Of a stretch of 64,000 nt of DNA, positions 1-15,981 are shown piece after piece. Position 1 is the first letter of the stretch. The number at the start of each line of letters is the position of its first letter. The position numbers were made by a program, and so were the translations under genes. The stretch spans positions 124,001-188,000 of the forward strand of contig NIVC01002161.1 in NCBI GenBank assembly GCA_002269645.1, given 5' to 3'. This stretch comes from Macrostomum lignano. Lineage: Eukaryota. Below the pieces are notes generated by a model. That model saw only the letters and a program-made list of their open reading frames with translations, searched no databases and was not told the DNA's origin.

Positions 1-449
1 CACTTGAGATCCGAATGCCTGACCCACCTGAGATCGTTGATCAAATATGAAAGCTCAACTCACCGCCCGACGTCCCAGTCCACCGAGCTGCTATCCAGAG
101 GTTTGCAAAAGTTTTCTGTGCTCAAATCCATGCTGTCGAATTCGTGGCTAATTCTGGCTTAGTAGTGTGGCACAGCTTTTGGGGCGGTTTCGGTAGTATT
201 TTAGGATTTGCAAGTATGCTTCTGAGTATTTTTAAGCTCTTAGTTTCCTTATGAGTAGTGGGGATTCGCTGGGGAGACCTCCGCCAATCCGCGTAGAGAC
301 ATTCCTTGGCAAGTGGAAGCAGCTGTATCGATTGAGTTTGTAGAATCGCAGCCAGCTTCAGCTTGAGTACACTTGCTATGGGCACTGAACAGTGAGATTA
401 TGCACTGTTCCGGATTGACCTAATTATCTCAAAATTAACAGCTGACAGT

Positions 450-785
450 CTTATCTAACAGGTGTCTGATTTATCTAACAGGTACCAGTCTTATCTAACA
501 ATGTCTGTCTTATCTAACAGGTGTTTTGTCTTATCTAACATTGTCTGTCTTATCTAACAGGTGTCTGATTTATCTAACAGGTACCAGTCTTATCTAACAG
601 GTGTCTGTCTTAACTAACAGGTGTCTGATTTATCTAACAGGTGTCTGTCTTATCAAACGGGTGTCTGTCTTATCTAACGGGTGTCTTGTCTTATCTAACA
701 GGTGTCTGTCTCATCTAACAGGTGTCTGTCTTATCTAATAGGTGTCCTGTCTTATCTAACAGGTGTCTGTCTTATCTAAAAAAGT
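450..785. repeat. 20-bp minisatellite (TCTTATCTAACAGGTGTCTG)
   Basis: About 16 degenerate tandem units read directly from the sequence. Confidence 0.9.
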
Positions 786-1194
786 CCTGTTATAATATCA
801 TTTTGCTTTCAACTCAATTCAGTAACGGCCGGGCATTTCGTAAATGACGGGAGGCAAAACAACATCAAGCACTTTGTTCCAGCCGTGGCTGACTAGTTGT
901 AGCTGGACTTCCTCATTTCCCCATAGTTTCCTGCTCAGACATTTTCAATAGACTTAATTGAAAGAGGTGGCGTTGTTGGGACAATCTGCTTCCTGACGTT
1001 GGAAAGTAAATTACAGTTGCAGATGGGAATTTTCAGTTTATAAAATAAAGATGAACAAGCATATTGGTCTGCAGCTCATGCGGGCTTGATGACGCATTGC
1101 AGATTCTCAGTCAGCTTCAGCCCTCAGAACTGGACCCTTCTAATATCCCCAGAATCTTCCCCCCAGAAGAAGAATCTTCCCCTTCCAATATCCC

Positions 1195-2070
1195 AGCAGA
1201 ATCTTCCTCTTCCAATATTCCCAGCAGAATCGCCCCCAAATTTCTCCAGCAGAATCGCCCCCAATATCCCTGCATAATCGCTCCCAATATCCCTAGCAAA
1301 ATCGCCCCCAATATCCCTGCATAATCGCCCCCAATATCCCCAGCAGAATCGCCCCCAATATCCCTGCATAATCGCCCCCAATATCCCTAGCAGAATCGCC
1401 CCCAATATCCCTAGCAGAATCGCCCCCAATATCCCTGCATAATCGCCCCCAATATCCCTAGCAGAATCGCCCCCAATATCCCTGCATAATCGCCCCCAAT
1501 ATCCCCAGCAGAATCGCCCCCAATATCCCCAGCAGAATCGCCCCCAATATCCCCAGCATAATCGCCCCCAATATCCCCAACAGAATCGCCCCAATATCCC
1601 CAGCAGAATCGCCCCCAATATCCCCAGCAGAATCGCCCCCAATATCCCCAGCAGAATCGCCCCCAATATCCCCAGCAGAATCGCCCCCAAATTTCTCCAG
1701 CAGAATCGCAGCCAATATCCCTAGCAGAATCGCCCCCAATATCCCTGCATAATCGCCCCCAATATCCCCAGCAGAATCGCCCCCAATATCCCCAGCAGAA
1801 TCGCCCCCAATATCCCCAGCAGAATCGCCCCCAATATCCTTGCATAATCGCCCCCAATATCCCTAGCAGAATCGCCCCCAATATCCCCAACAGAATCGCC
1901 CCCAATATCCCCAGCAGAATCGCCCCCAATATCCCCAGCAGAATCGCCCCCAATATCCCCAGCAGAATCGCCCCCAATATCCCCAGCAGAATCGCCCCCA
2001 ATATCCCTAGCAGAATCGCCCCCAATATCCCTAGCAGAATCGCCCCCAATATCCCCAGCAGAATCCCCGG
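1195..2070. repeat. 24-bp minisatellite (GCAGAATCGCCCCCAATATCCCCA)
   Basis: Direct tandem units; source of the spurious GILGAILL ORFs. Confidence 0.95.
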
Positions 2071-2524
2071 CTGAACTGCAATCATCTGCTTGTCCCTCTC
2101 GCTCTCTCCAAGTGGAACTCTAATCGGATGAGAGATGACGCAGCTCATACTAGAGAGGCTGGATGCGTTGGTGAACAGAGGCGGTCACACTTCTGGCTAC
2201 TGTATGTACTGCTCGCCAGCTTTACCCATGGCAATTTGGGACCACGGCTTGCGTGGCGCTCTCTGCCTTCCCGCGCTCAAGAAGTGATGGGGCAGCGTTT
2301 GGGCACTTACTCCCAAGGGGGGTGTACGCATGAGGAGGCTGGGGATGGGGCGCAAACACAGCTGAGCTGCAAAGAGGGGGGTTGTGGTTCGCGAGTCTGT
2401 TGACAGCGCCGTGTTTGGCCCAGTCAAGGAGGCCCAGACCGACCCAGAGACTGGACCAGCAACTCGTCCGGACAAGTGCAATTGCAGATCGGTTGTTAAG
2501 TTTACTTTGGCTCGTAGCTTTTAG

Positions 2525-3075
2525 TCATATAGTCATATCCATATCTCATTCAGATTCAGATATAGTCATATCCATATCTCATTCAGATATAGTCATATCC
2601 ATATCTCATTCAGATATAGTCATATCCATATCTCATTCAGATATAGTCATATCCATATCTCATTCAGATATCGTCATATCCAAATCTCATTCAGATATAG
2701 TCATATCCATATCTCATTCAGATATCGTCATATCCAAATCTCATTCAGATATAGCCATATCCATATCTCATTCAGATATAGTCATATCCAAATCTCATTC
2801 AGATATCGTCATATCCAAATCTCATTCAGATTCAGATATAGTCATATCCATATCTCATTCAGATATAGTCATATCCATATCTCATTCAGATATCGTCATA
2901 TCCAAATCTCATTCAGATACATTCATATCCATATCTCATTCAGATATAGTCATATCCATATCTCATTCAGATATAGTCATATCCATATCTCATTCAGATA
3001 TAGTCATATCCAAATCTCATTCAGATATAGTCATATCCATATCTCATTCAGATATCGTCATATCCATATCTCATT
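2525..3075. repeat. 27-bp minisatellite (ATATCCATATCTCATTCAGATATAGTC)
   Basis: Direct tandem units; source of the spurious SHSDIVISI ORF. Confidence 0.95.
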
Positions 3076-3544
3076 CAAAAGTTCGTTTAAATTCGGAAGC
3101 CAACTTTACAGAGTCATTTTTTCGTGTGTGAAAACTGAAGTCGATCTATAGTTGTCTGAATATTTGGTGTTTTGGTGAAGAGTTGCCGCTCCAAGTTCTG
3201 GTTCCGGGTGTCCCTGGCCCCGGCCGCACAAGTGCATCTGGACCTACTGCATGGGCTTGCCATAGCTGAATCGGGTCTCAGCTGCTGCTCTGCTTTGGAG
3301 GAAATTAGCTGATGAAATTGGGAAACAATTTTTGTGCAAAAGGAGATTAGCGCAGCTGATGCTGTGTGTACAGCAGTTTAGTTTTGTGCGCGAATAGTCA
3401 GCATCTATAGTATGCTCAATTATTGTTTAATGTGTAAAATGTGTAACACAATGATAAAATAGATTAACAAAACCCATAAGTCCAGTTGTGCCATTTTCTA
3501 TTATTATTAGGCATAGGGGACTCTTGGGGAGAATTGCTGAAATT

Positions 3545-4200
3545 TCAGGGCTTGCGGTGAAAGAATTGCTGAGATTTCAAGGTCGACGGGGGTTTTGTTG
3601 AGATTTCAAGGCTTATGAGGAGCATTGCTAAGATGTCAAGGCTCACGGGGGGATTGTTGAGATGTCAAGGCTCACGGGGGGATTGTTGAGATGTCAAGGC
3701 TCACGGGGGATTGTTGAGATGTCAAGGCTCACGGGGGATTGTTGAGATGTCAAGGCTCACGGGGATTGTTGAGATGTCAAGGCTCACGGGGGATTGTTGA
3801 GATGTCAAGGCTCACGGGGGTTGTTGAGATTTCAAAGCTCACGGGGGATTGTTGAGATGTCAAGGCTCACGGGGGGTTGTTGAGATTTCAAGGCTCACGG
3901 GGGGATTGTTGAGATGTCAAGGCTCACGGGGGGTTGTTGAGATTTCAAGGCTCACGGGGGGATTGTTGAGATTTCAAGGCTCACGGGGGGATTGTTGAGA
4001 TGTCAAAGCTCACGGGGGATTGTTGAGATGTCAAGGCTCACGGGGGATTGTTGAGATGTCAAGGCTCACGGGGGATTGTTGAGATGTCAAGGCTCACGGG
4101 GGGATTGTTGAGATGTCAAGGCTCACGGGGGGATTGTTGAGATGTCAAGGCTCACGGGGGGATTGTTGATATTTCAAGGCTCACGGGGGATTGTTGAGGT
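3545..4200. repeat. 28-30-bp minisatellite (TTGAGATGTCAAGGCTCACGGGGGATTG)
   Basis: Tandem units with variable G-run; similar to the array at 26880-27700. Confidence 0.95.
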
Positions 4201-4775
4201 TATTGCAAGGAGAAGCTAAATGTAGTTTATTCAAAAGTTTGTATTGCATTCTTTGTTGGCTCTCACACATTTTTCGGCAAAAATCCTAGCCCTCATTCTG
4301 TGCGTTGAAGTCAACTCTTTTAAGAACACTTTGGTGGAAAATAATTAAGACTGACACTAAAACCCAAGATGCTATTATGCTTGAAAAAGCACGATCAGAC
4401 CTCGAGCTGCTGGGATCGCCATTGCTGTATTTTTGTTTGAAACAAAACTAAGTAAACTGGTTTGAATTGCATTGAATTTGGCTACACGAGAAATGCGAAT
4501 TTACTAAAGTTGTGGCACAATAATGACAAAAATTAGCACAAATAAAAATACACTTAAAAAACAATTATTCAAACACGTGCAGCTGAGAATAATAAATATG
4601 AAAAAATGCCAGAAAATGGAGACACACACTACTTGAATAAATAAGAAAAGTAGCTAATTGTGCAAAACAACAATTATAAAAATACAACGAGAAAAATACA
4701 GCAATTTAGAAAACACGGTGTCAAGTCTGACAATTGCAGCGAACATCAGACCCCAGCGCACAGGTCAGCCACTTC

Positions 4776-5590
4776 CTAAGCCAGACCAGCCGTGGCAGGC
4801 AGCAGGCAGTCTCCAACAATGCTGTCAGCACTGGCTGCGGCTCCAGGCTGGGCCAGGCGCTCCCAGACAGCGGCCAACTCTGGCACGGCCGGGTCGCAGG
4901 CCACCGACAGAGGGCCGTCCGGTGGAGCCTCCTGGCCCACCGTGACGCTGATGAGGTAGCCGGAGCCGGGGCACACCAGCTGGAAGCTGACAGCCGACTC
5001 AGCCGGGTGATGCCGCGGGTTAATAAGCGAGCAACCGTCTGAGTTCCAGCGAACTGAAAACATTCAATAAATGGTAAGTAAAATCATGACTAAATGACCC
5101 AATTATCAATGTCTCATTTGACAACAATACTTACGAGGTTTTGCCATTGAAAGAAGCTTTTTATAAAGCTGCTGCAATGGTGGTGCTTCTTTAGTGTCAG
5201 TCACTAGATCAGCCTGAGGAGCAGTCTCTAGATCAGCCTGAGGAGCAGTCTCTAGATCAGCCTGAGGAGCAGTCTCTAGATCAGCCTGAGGAGCAGTCTC
5301 TAGATTAGCCTGAGGAGCAGTCTCTAGATTAGCCTGAGGAGCAGTCTCTAGATCAGCCTGAGGAGCACTCTCTAGATCAGTTTTGTTCTCAAGCGGAGAT
5401 GCGACAGAAGGCCAGGCCTCCAGACTTCTCTCGTCGGCTTCAATGCCAAACTCAACCTCAGAGGACAAAGTCAGCTCGTTGCATGCAAGAGTTTTTCGGG
5501 TTCGTTTCTGCTGCTGAACCGGCTTGTCGATGGTGGCAGAGCCGGCAGCAGCTGGTGTTGCCTTTGACTGATGCTCTGCCCCTGGCTGGT
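4776..5590 (-). CDS. Last two exons of an unknown protein with an 8-aa repeat (DLETAPQA) and a C-terminal globular-looking segment
   Basis: Exon 5135-5590 (donor C|GTAAGT, phase 1) splices in frame across an 81-nt intron to exon 4776-5053 (TTTTCAG|TT), giving MAKP-L-RWNSDGC...AGLA*. The last exon is GC-rich. The 24-bp coding repeat lies at 5205-5385. The 5' end is uncertain: acceptor CTGCAG at 5591 after a long AG-free stretch, or ATG at 5663. Confidence 0.6.
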
Positions 5591-6723
5591 CTGCAGCAGC
5601 CGCAATTCCACCATAGACATTGTGAAATGTGAGCACCCGGAGAGCATTCAGAATGAGGTCCATAATTAATAATTGCTTGATGTCTAAATAGTTAGGCTTA
5701 TTTAAAATTAAAACTGCAATAAGAAAAAAAATATTATAAAGTATTATTGGAGCACATTTGCATGTCATCTATTTTTTGTAAATAGTAGGCCTAGTAAGTT
5801 AAACAAAATTAGACAAAATTAGCATCAACCAATGCTAGCTAAGATCTTAATAAAAAGCTAAGATACTAATCATGGGCCTATTGTACTAGGCTAACAATAG
5901 GCCTATTTTTTATTCCATTTGATTGTAATTGCAATTATATGGCCATAGCTGTCTAGGATATATATATAATGTATAATAGGCCTTATTCCTTAAAAATTCA
6001 TAATTTTGAAAATATTTTATCATAAATTTTTTTGTCTTTGGAATGTGTTTTAAATGATATCAAGAGACCCTATAAATATACATGCTGCCAACAAGGATAT
6101 ATTAACTTCTTTTAACTCATTTTTACATATTCTTGCTTTAAAAAGATTGATTAATACTTCTTTTTGCCTTGGTTATTAAGGACATCTAACCTAAGCTTTA
6201 GTAGTTACTAGGAAAACTCATTACCATTCTTAAGAACAAGACTTCTAGATTTACAATCTAAGAAATTGTATAATGCAAAAACATATACCAAAGCCAAAGG
6301 ATTATAAGAAAACCTAAGTTTAGAACCTAAGAACTCTTCCTTAGATAGAAGGGCAGAAAAACTACAAGAGTATAAACTATGGCCTTTTTTATCCCAATAA
6401 TGCCTAAACTAAGTTCAAAGAAACTCTCAATAAGAGCCTTTGCAAACTAGCCTTCTTTGTTTGATAGTGACAGCTGCTAGGCAGCTTTCCCATTGTATTT
6501 ATTCATTTTAACTCAAGCCTTTACCATCATAACTGCATGGTTAAATGTGTATATTGTTATAAATGTATTGTTTAAACTGTCCTTGACCCCAAGGACTTAA
6601 GAGCTCCCTTTGCAGACTTTCAATACAAAGGTTTTGTATTCTAACCTCAATGTGTGTGTAGTGTCAAACATTTGTCTTTGTTGCTTGAGTCCCTGATTCT
6701 AGCAATTGAAAAGCTCTTCTTAT

Positions 6724-7381
6724 TAGTGGCAGCGCAGTATCTCTGGTTAGGGGGGAGGCAATAATTAGATGGTCACGACTCACCCCTTCCCCTACCAATT
6801 GTAATTAAACAAATAAAAACATTTGAATTAGAACACAAATTTTCTAAGAAAGTAAAAAATTATAAACAAATTATGACACACTTCTTATAAAACGAATGTA
6901 CAACACGAAAATTCTTATACATTAAAAAAAATAATAAAAATTTTTAATCATTGATGCAAATTGCATAGGCCTAGCAGGGGGTGACCATTTGCCCTCCTTT
7001 CCTAAGGCCTTTTCATATTGCTTCTTCTGGTTCTAGAACCAGATCCAATTTGCAAAGTAAAAATTTTTTGTCTCCTAAACCAGAGGGATATAAGTGCTTT
7101 AAAGTTGTGATTATTGAATGGCATTGGCAATAGCCAAGAAGAAAGTGAAAAATTGTGCAAAGTGAAGCTGTAAGGCAGTCAAACATTCAGCAAAGTTAAA
7201 TAGTTATACTGCTTTTTTCCTTAGAAAATCCGAATCGATTCTGGTTCTGGAATTGGTAATGTGAAAAAGCCCCATAGGGTCTTTTGGAGGGCCATGGGGA
7301 TGGTGGTGTGGTCACTCCCCTTGAGGCAATGACCTGTGGTCACCCAGGGCCCCATTGCCCCCCCCCCCTGCACCGCCACTG
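6724..7381. mobile_element. Degenerate hAT-type MITE
   Basis: Imperfect TIRs TAGTGGCAGCGCAG / CTGCACCGCCACTG; 8-bp flanks CTTCTTAT (6716-6723) and CTTCTCAT (7382-7389), one mismatch, consistent with a hAT 8-bp TSD. Confidence 0.65.
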
Positions 7382-7985
7382 CTTCTCATTAAAAGTGAAA
7401 CCATTTATCTTAAATCTAATATCGCAACCCTATCCTAGTCTTTGCAGACCCTAGGGACTTAAAAGGGTAACAGTCCACTTCGGTAACAGCCATTTCGGTA
7501 ACAGCCACTTTGGTAACAATTGAGAATAATATAATAAGCATTAATTGATATGCTGCAAAAGGATGTGCGAACAAACTTTAAAGAAAGAACGACAAAACAG
7601 TACACATGCGTACCTACATGTGTTTAACTTGTTTTAAAGTGTTTTAACCGATCTATTTTAATTCCCGGATGAGTCAGATTACGTGCACCCGAGACATCCT
7701 GTAATTTGACCAAATTTTGTGTACTGTGTACATTGAAATAACTGATCTAGACCTAGTTAGCGAATAGTGACTTAAAATTACAGAATCAACTTTTTTCTTC
7801 ATTAATTATTTTAATTTTTTTCAATTTCAATGTATATATTGGGAGATCTCGCTTTGCTTAATTTTCTTTGCCTTTGAATTTGAATTTTTTGAATTTTTTG
7901 AATTGTAGCATTGCTAGCTTAGACAATGTGGCTAGACAATGTTTTGTCAGAAAAAAAACACAAATTGAAATTGTGTTTTGTCAGA

Positions 7986-8347
7986 GGGGGGCCGTAGCCC
8001 AGCGGTAGCGCAGCTGCTCTGGTGTGCCAGCGACCCAGGCTCGATTCCAAGTGCAGTCACATTAATTTGGGGCTGAATTGGAATCTCGGCTTGGCTCTGC
8101 TTGTGAAATTAACGGCCTTGAGAGCCAACCCCCCAAGGCGCAGTGAAGTGTACATGCCTAATGATAAAAATAAAGTTAGGGCCGCTGTACACTCCTGTGT
8201 GAGTGTGTGCCTGCGTACGTATCCGCGCGCTTGTATGCCTGCTCAGGGGAGTCGGCGGAATGGGCAGTAATGCCTCTCGCCGGTTGTGTGCCTATGTCGC
8301 TTAAAGTGCGCCAGGGTGCACACAACCCCCCTGCCTCTAATAATAAA
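7986..8347 (+). mobile_element. tRNA-derived SINE, family A, full-length copy
   Basis: GGGGGCCG head with A-box-like TAGCCCAGCGGT and B-box-like GGCTCGATTCC; TAATAATAAA tail; 12-bp TSD TGTTTTGTCAGA (7974-7985, 8348-8359); four other copies in the window. Confidence 0.85.
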
Positions 8348-9334
8348 TGTTTTGTCAGAAAGAGTTCAGAGATGGGGAATGCACACTCAGCAGCTACGCT
8401 CATGAGAGGAATTGAGAGTAAGGCATAGATAGTAGCAGTTATGCAATAAAAGAGCATAGACAGAGTTTCAATTGGCTTTCTATAAATCATTTTCATATGC
8501 TTTGCCAAAAAACCTCTATATCTGTAACTTCCTATAGCCATATCTATAGCTATATAGTGAAAATCTTAATACTCTAGCTAGCATAATATAAGTATAAATA
8601 AGAACTTTAGTAATGGCCCCATGACTTGCCAAATGCATGCAAAAAGCCTATTTAAAGTTTGAAGTAGGGTTTTGCAAATAAATAACTTTGCAATGCAATT
8701 ATATAATAATAAAAAACTAACAAAAATACTTTTAAAAAAATACTTATTATAGGCCTGAATACCTATCTGATTTTATAAGATAATAATAAAGTAGGCCTAT
8801 ATTATCTCTTTTTATATCATCAAAGGCTTATTAAAAAGTATGGTATTTAGAAACATTATTAGAAGCTTTTGTAGCTTTAAAGTTAAAAAATGTGTTTTAT
8901 AAAAAAGGTTTATAATAAAACACGAGCAAAAATATTCTTTTCAAGTCTTAGGCCTAACCAAATCTTTATATATTGGATATACTTGAAATTTAGACAAAAT
9001 TCTCATTGTTTTCATTTTTTATTTAGGTTAGCTTTTTGACTTTAGTTAGACAAGAACTTTTGATATTCTAAATTATCTTAAATCACAAGGCTTTATGAAG
9101 AAATAAAGAATTAAGGACATTAATTACAATAAAAATGTTTTTCTTTAATTCCCATATGTATTTTAGGCTTAAGTAATACTAGCTTTTAGGTATTGACTTA
9201 AAGGTTTGGATATTTTTCCAATATTATATAAGGTTTTTTATTGATTAATAAAGGATAAACAAGCTAAAAATGATACAATAAGTATGGAAATCGGGTTAAA
9301 AATGAAAGATATGTAAAAACTAGGTTAAAATAAT

Positions 9335-10690
9335 GCTTAGTCTGAGTGACAAAAGTGAATGGATGCCTAGTCTGAGTGACAAGAGTGAATGGATGCCCAG
9401 TCTGAGTGACAAGACTGAAAGTATACTTAGTCTGAGTGACAAGAGTGAATGGATGCCCAGTCTGAGTGACAAGAGTAAAAGTATACTTAGTATGAGTGAC
9501 AAGAGTGAATGGATTCCCAGTCTGAGTGACAAGAGTGAATGGATGCCCAGTCTGAGTGACAAGAGTGAATGGATGCCCAGTCTGAGTGACAAGAGTGAAA
9601 GGATGCCCAGTCTGAGTGACAAGAGTAAAAGTATACTTAGTCTGAGTGACAAGAGTGAATGGATGCCCAGTCTGAGTGACAAGAGTGAAAGGGTGTCCAG
9701 TCTGAGTGACAATAGTGAAAGGGTGTCCAGTCTGAGTGACAATAGTGAAAGGGTGCCCAGTCTGAGTGACAAGAGTAAAAGGGTGCCCAGTCTGAGTGAC
9801 AAGAGTGAATGGATGCCCAGTCTGAGTGACAAGAGTAAAAGGGTGCCCAGTCTGAGTGACAAGAGTGAATGGATGCCCAGTCTGAGTGACAAGAGTGAAA
9901 GGATGCCCAGTCTGAGTGACAAGAGTAAAAGGGTGCCCAGTCTGAGTGACAAGAGTGAATGGATGCCCAGTCTGAGTGACAAGAGTAAAAGGGTGCCCAG
10001 TCTGAGTGACAAGAGTGAATGGATGCCCAGTCTGAGTGACAAGAGTGAAAGGATGCCCAGTCTGAGTGACAAGAGTAAAAGTATACTTAGTCTGAGTGAC
10101 AAGAGTGAATGGATGCCCAGTCTGAGTGACAAGAGTGAAAGGGTGTCCAGTCTGAGTGACAATAGTGAAAGGGTGCCCAGTCTGAGTGACAAGAGTAAAA
10201 GGGTGCCCAGTCTGAGTGACAAGAGTGAATGGATGCCCAGTCTGAGTGACAAGAGTAAAAGGGTGCCCAGTCTGAGTGACAAGAGTGAATGGATGCCCAG
10301 TCTGAGTGACAAGAGTGAAAGGATGCCCAGTCTGAGTGACAAGAGTAAAAGTATACTTAGTCTGAGTGACAAGAGTGAATGGATGCCCAGTCTGAGTGAC
10401 AAGAGTGAATGAATGCCTAGTCTGAGTGACAAGAGTGAAAGGGTGTCCAGTCTGAGTGACAAGAGTGAAAGGGTGCCCAGTCTGAGTGACAAGAGTAAAA
10501 GGGTGCCCAGTCTGAGTGACAAGAGTGAATGGATGCCCAGTCTGAGTGACAAGAGTGTATTGGTACCTAGTCTGAGTGACAAGAGTGAATGGATGCCTAG
10601 TCTGAGTGACAAGAGTGAAAGGATGCCCAGTCTGAGTGACAAGAGTGAAAGTATACTTAGTCTGAGTGACAAGAGTGAATGGGTGCCCTG
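9335..10690. repeat. 30-bp minisatellite (TGCCCAGTCTGAGTGACAAGAGTGAATGGA)
   Basis: About 45 tandem units; stop-free in several frames, which explains the 507/450/359-aa ORFs. Confidence 0.95.
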
Positions 10691-11093
10691 TCTGTAGGTT
10701 AATTTTCTGACTGGTACCAGTGGTACCTATTGTCATGCTCATAAAACAATAAAACAGTTTTATAGTTTTGCTTGTGGCTGCTAGCAAGATTAAAGCTCTA
10801 GATTCTTGTTCATCTTCTTACTTTTACGTTTCTGTTCTAACAGGAAATTGCAATCTTTTTCCGCTTCAAAGGCAGCCCACCTGATATAAACTGTTGCTAA
10901 AATTAGTAACTGAATCGAAGCCTCTCTTCTACGCAACGATGTTCTATTTTTAGAACATGAAACTAAAATCTTAAGCACAGTTTTGATATAATACAGTGGG
11001 TGAACTCAATTCATGCTTCAGTTGTGAGCCTAAATAAGCCACAGTCTAATTTTCTAGCTTGAGCTCAATTTCAAATCTGAAGAAAGTTATTAA

Positions 11094-14134
<3,041 letters not shown>

Positions 14135-14582
14135 GCAGCTTCGCCCTGCTTATTGAGACCATGCTCAAGACTGACTAATTTGCGATTGAAATCATTCGAG
14201 ACTTAAATAATAAGCATTATGAAAACGGGCGTTCGAGTGTTCTGTATAATATTTCATATCGATTTTTCTGTGACGTCATTGCTTTAGTGAAAATTTTAAT
14301 GGTCAACATAATAATGCCATGAGAATGACAAGAGCTGTTAAATTGTTTTTTTTGTCTCTGGAGTTCAAGCCGATTTTAAGTTTGTTGCTTGTTTTATTAA
14401 TGCTATTTCTCTCTATTCATTTGTCATTTGCATTCTCAGCATTATGTAAACGTTTTAGTGATTGCTAAACTCTTTATTTGCTTACCTGTGTCGCCCTGTA
14501 CGTTGAAATCTTAATCAAGAAACACGAAATTTAATATTTAAATTAATCTATTTTTATCAATACATTTATTTACATTATTGAC

Positions 14583-14588
14583 AATAAA
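14583..14588 (+). promoter_or_regulatory. Candidate polyadenylation signal of cdc42
   Basis: AATAAA about 450 nt after the stop codon, just before the next satellite. Confidence 0.35.
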
Positions 14589-14629
14589 ATTGTGATAAAA
14601 GCCAAACACAGGCTTGATTTGTTTAACTA

Positions 14630-15400
14630 CCAGATAGCTACCAGTTTGTCTACCAGATGGCTACCAGTTTGTCTACCAGTTTGTCTACCAGATAGCTACC
14701 AGTTTGTCTTCCAGTTTGTCTATCAGATAGCTACCAGTTTGTCTACCAGATAGCTACCAGTTTGTCTACCAGATAGCTACCAGTTTGTCTACCAGATAGC
14801 TACCAGTTTGTCTACCAGATAGCTACCAGTTTGTCTTCCAGATAACTACCAGTTTGTCTACCAGCTAGCTACCAATTGTCTACCAGATAGCTACCAGTTT
14901 GTCTACCAGCTAGCTACCCATTGTCTACCAGATAGCTACCAGTTTGTCTACCAGCTAGCTACCCATTGTCTACCAGATAGCTACCAGTTTGTCTACCAGC
15001 TAGCTACCCATTGTCTACCAGATAGCTACCAATTGTCTACCAGGTAACTATCAGTTTGTCTACCAGCTAGCTACCAATTGTCTACCAGATGGCTACTAGT
15101 TTGTCTACCAGATAGCTACCCATTGTCTACCAGATGGCTACTAGTTTGTCACTCAGATAGCTACCAACTACCTGTTATCTACCAGATTGTTACCAGTTGT
15201 CTACCAGCTAGCTACCAATTGTCTACCAGATGGCTACCAGTTTGTCTACCAGATAGCTACCCATTGTCTACCAGATAACTACCAGTTTGTCTACCAGATA
15301 GCTACCAGCTACCTGTTATCTACCAGATTGTTACCAGTTGTCTACCAGATAGCCACTGGTTATCTACCAGATATTTACTAGTTGTCTACGAGAAAACTAC
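14630..15400. repeat. 23-bp minisatellite (CTACCAGTTTGTCTACCAGATAG)
   Basis: Tandem units, more degenerate toward the right end. Confidence 0.9.
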
Positions 15401-15900
15401 TAAGTGCCTATTTTGTCTATCTGTTTCTTCAAACAGCTTCACCAGCTAACCCGTCTTATGGATTGAATTTAAGCGAGAACTTTTACGAATTTCACCTGCA
15501 CTAGACAAAGGAGACAAATTTTCAAGTGTAAACTAAGCATTACTAGAACAGTGATTTACTACCCCACTTTCTGTCAATTGGCCGCAGTTTTTATAACTTC
15601 CAGTAACGGTGCACTAAATCTCATTATAATAATCAGCTCTGATCATCACGCATCCAGTGCCTTCCGTTTGTTATATCTGTGTCTCTGTTGAGCTACATTT
15701 TTAACCAACACTCGCTTCCTGGAGAGCCGCTTTCAATAATTTTTTAACTGTTTTGATTAAATAGTTTTTTTATCGTTCAATAATGCTTAGTGAATGCTCA
15801 CAAATGTCTATATACTTACGAGTATTTTATTTACTCAGCTGTTTCAATAGCATCAGAATTCGATCAGTTGAATTCCCCAGCGGGATAATCCAGCAATTGA

Positions 15901-15981
15901 AGGCTGGCTTTTTATTGTCTATGGCCTGAAAGGAGGTCTGTGCTGCAGTCCTTTGGGCCATAGACAATAAAAAGCCAGGCT
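15901..15981. other. Long inverted repeat / hairpin
   Basis: Perfect 23-bp arms CTGGCTTTTTATTGTCTATGGCC (15904-15926) and its reverse complement (15956-15978), extended inward by AAAGGA/TCCTTT. Confidence 0.8.

Noticed and set aside
1-400. Open frames at the window start
   Set aside because: Could be exon fragments, but there is no recognisable motif and no consistent splice partner in the window.
2128-2500. GC-rich segment with short ORFs
   Set aside because: No termini, TSD or protein motif; possibly a TE fragment but unsupported.
7465-7520. Three copies of GGTAACAG.CA.TT(C/T)
   Set aside because: May be a transposon subterminal repeat, but no partner end was found.
7986-8062. Possible tRNA gene
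   Set aside because: A and B boxes are present but there is no full cloverleaf; it continues into a repeated body with a tail and TSD, so it is a SINE head.
9264-10787. 507/450/359-aa ORFs
   Set aside because: Several frames on both strands are open only because the 30-bp unit lacks stops; no unique coding flanks.
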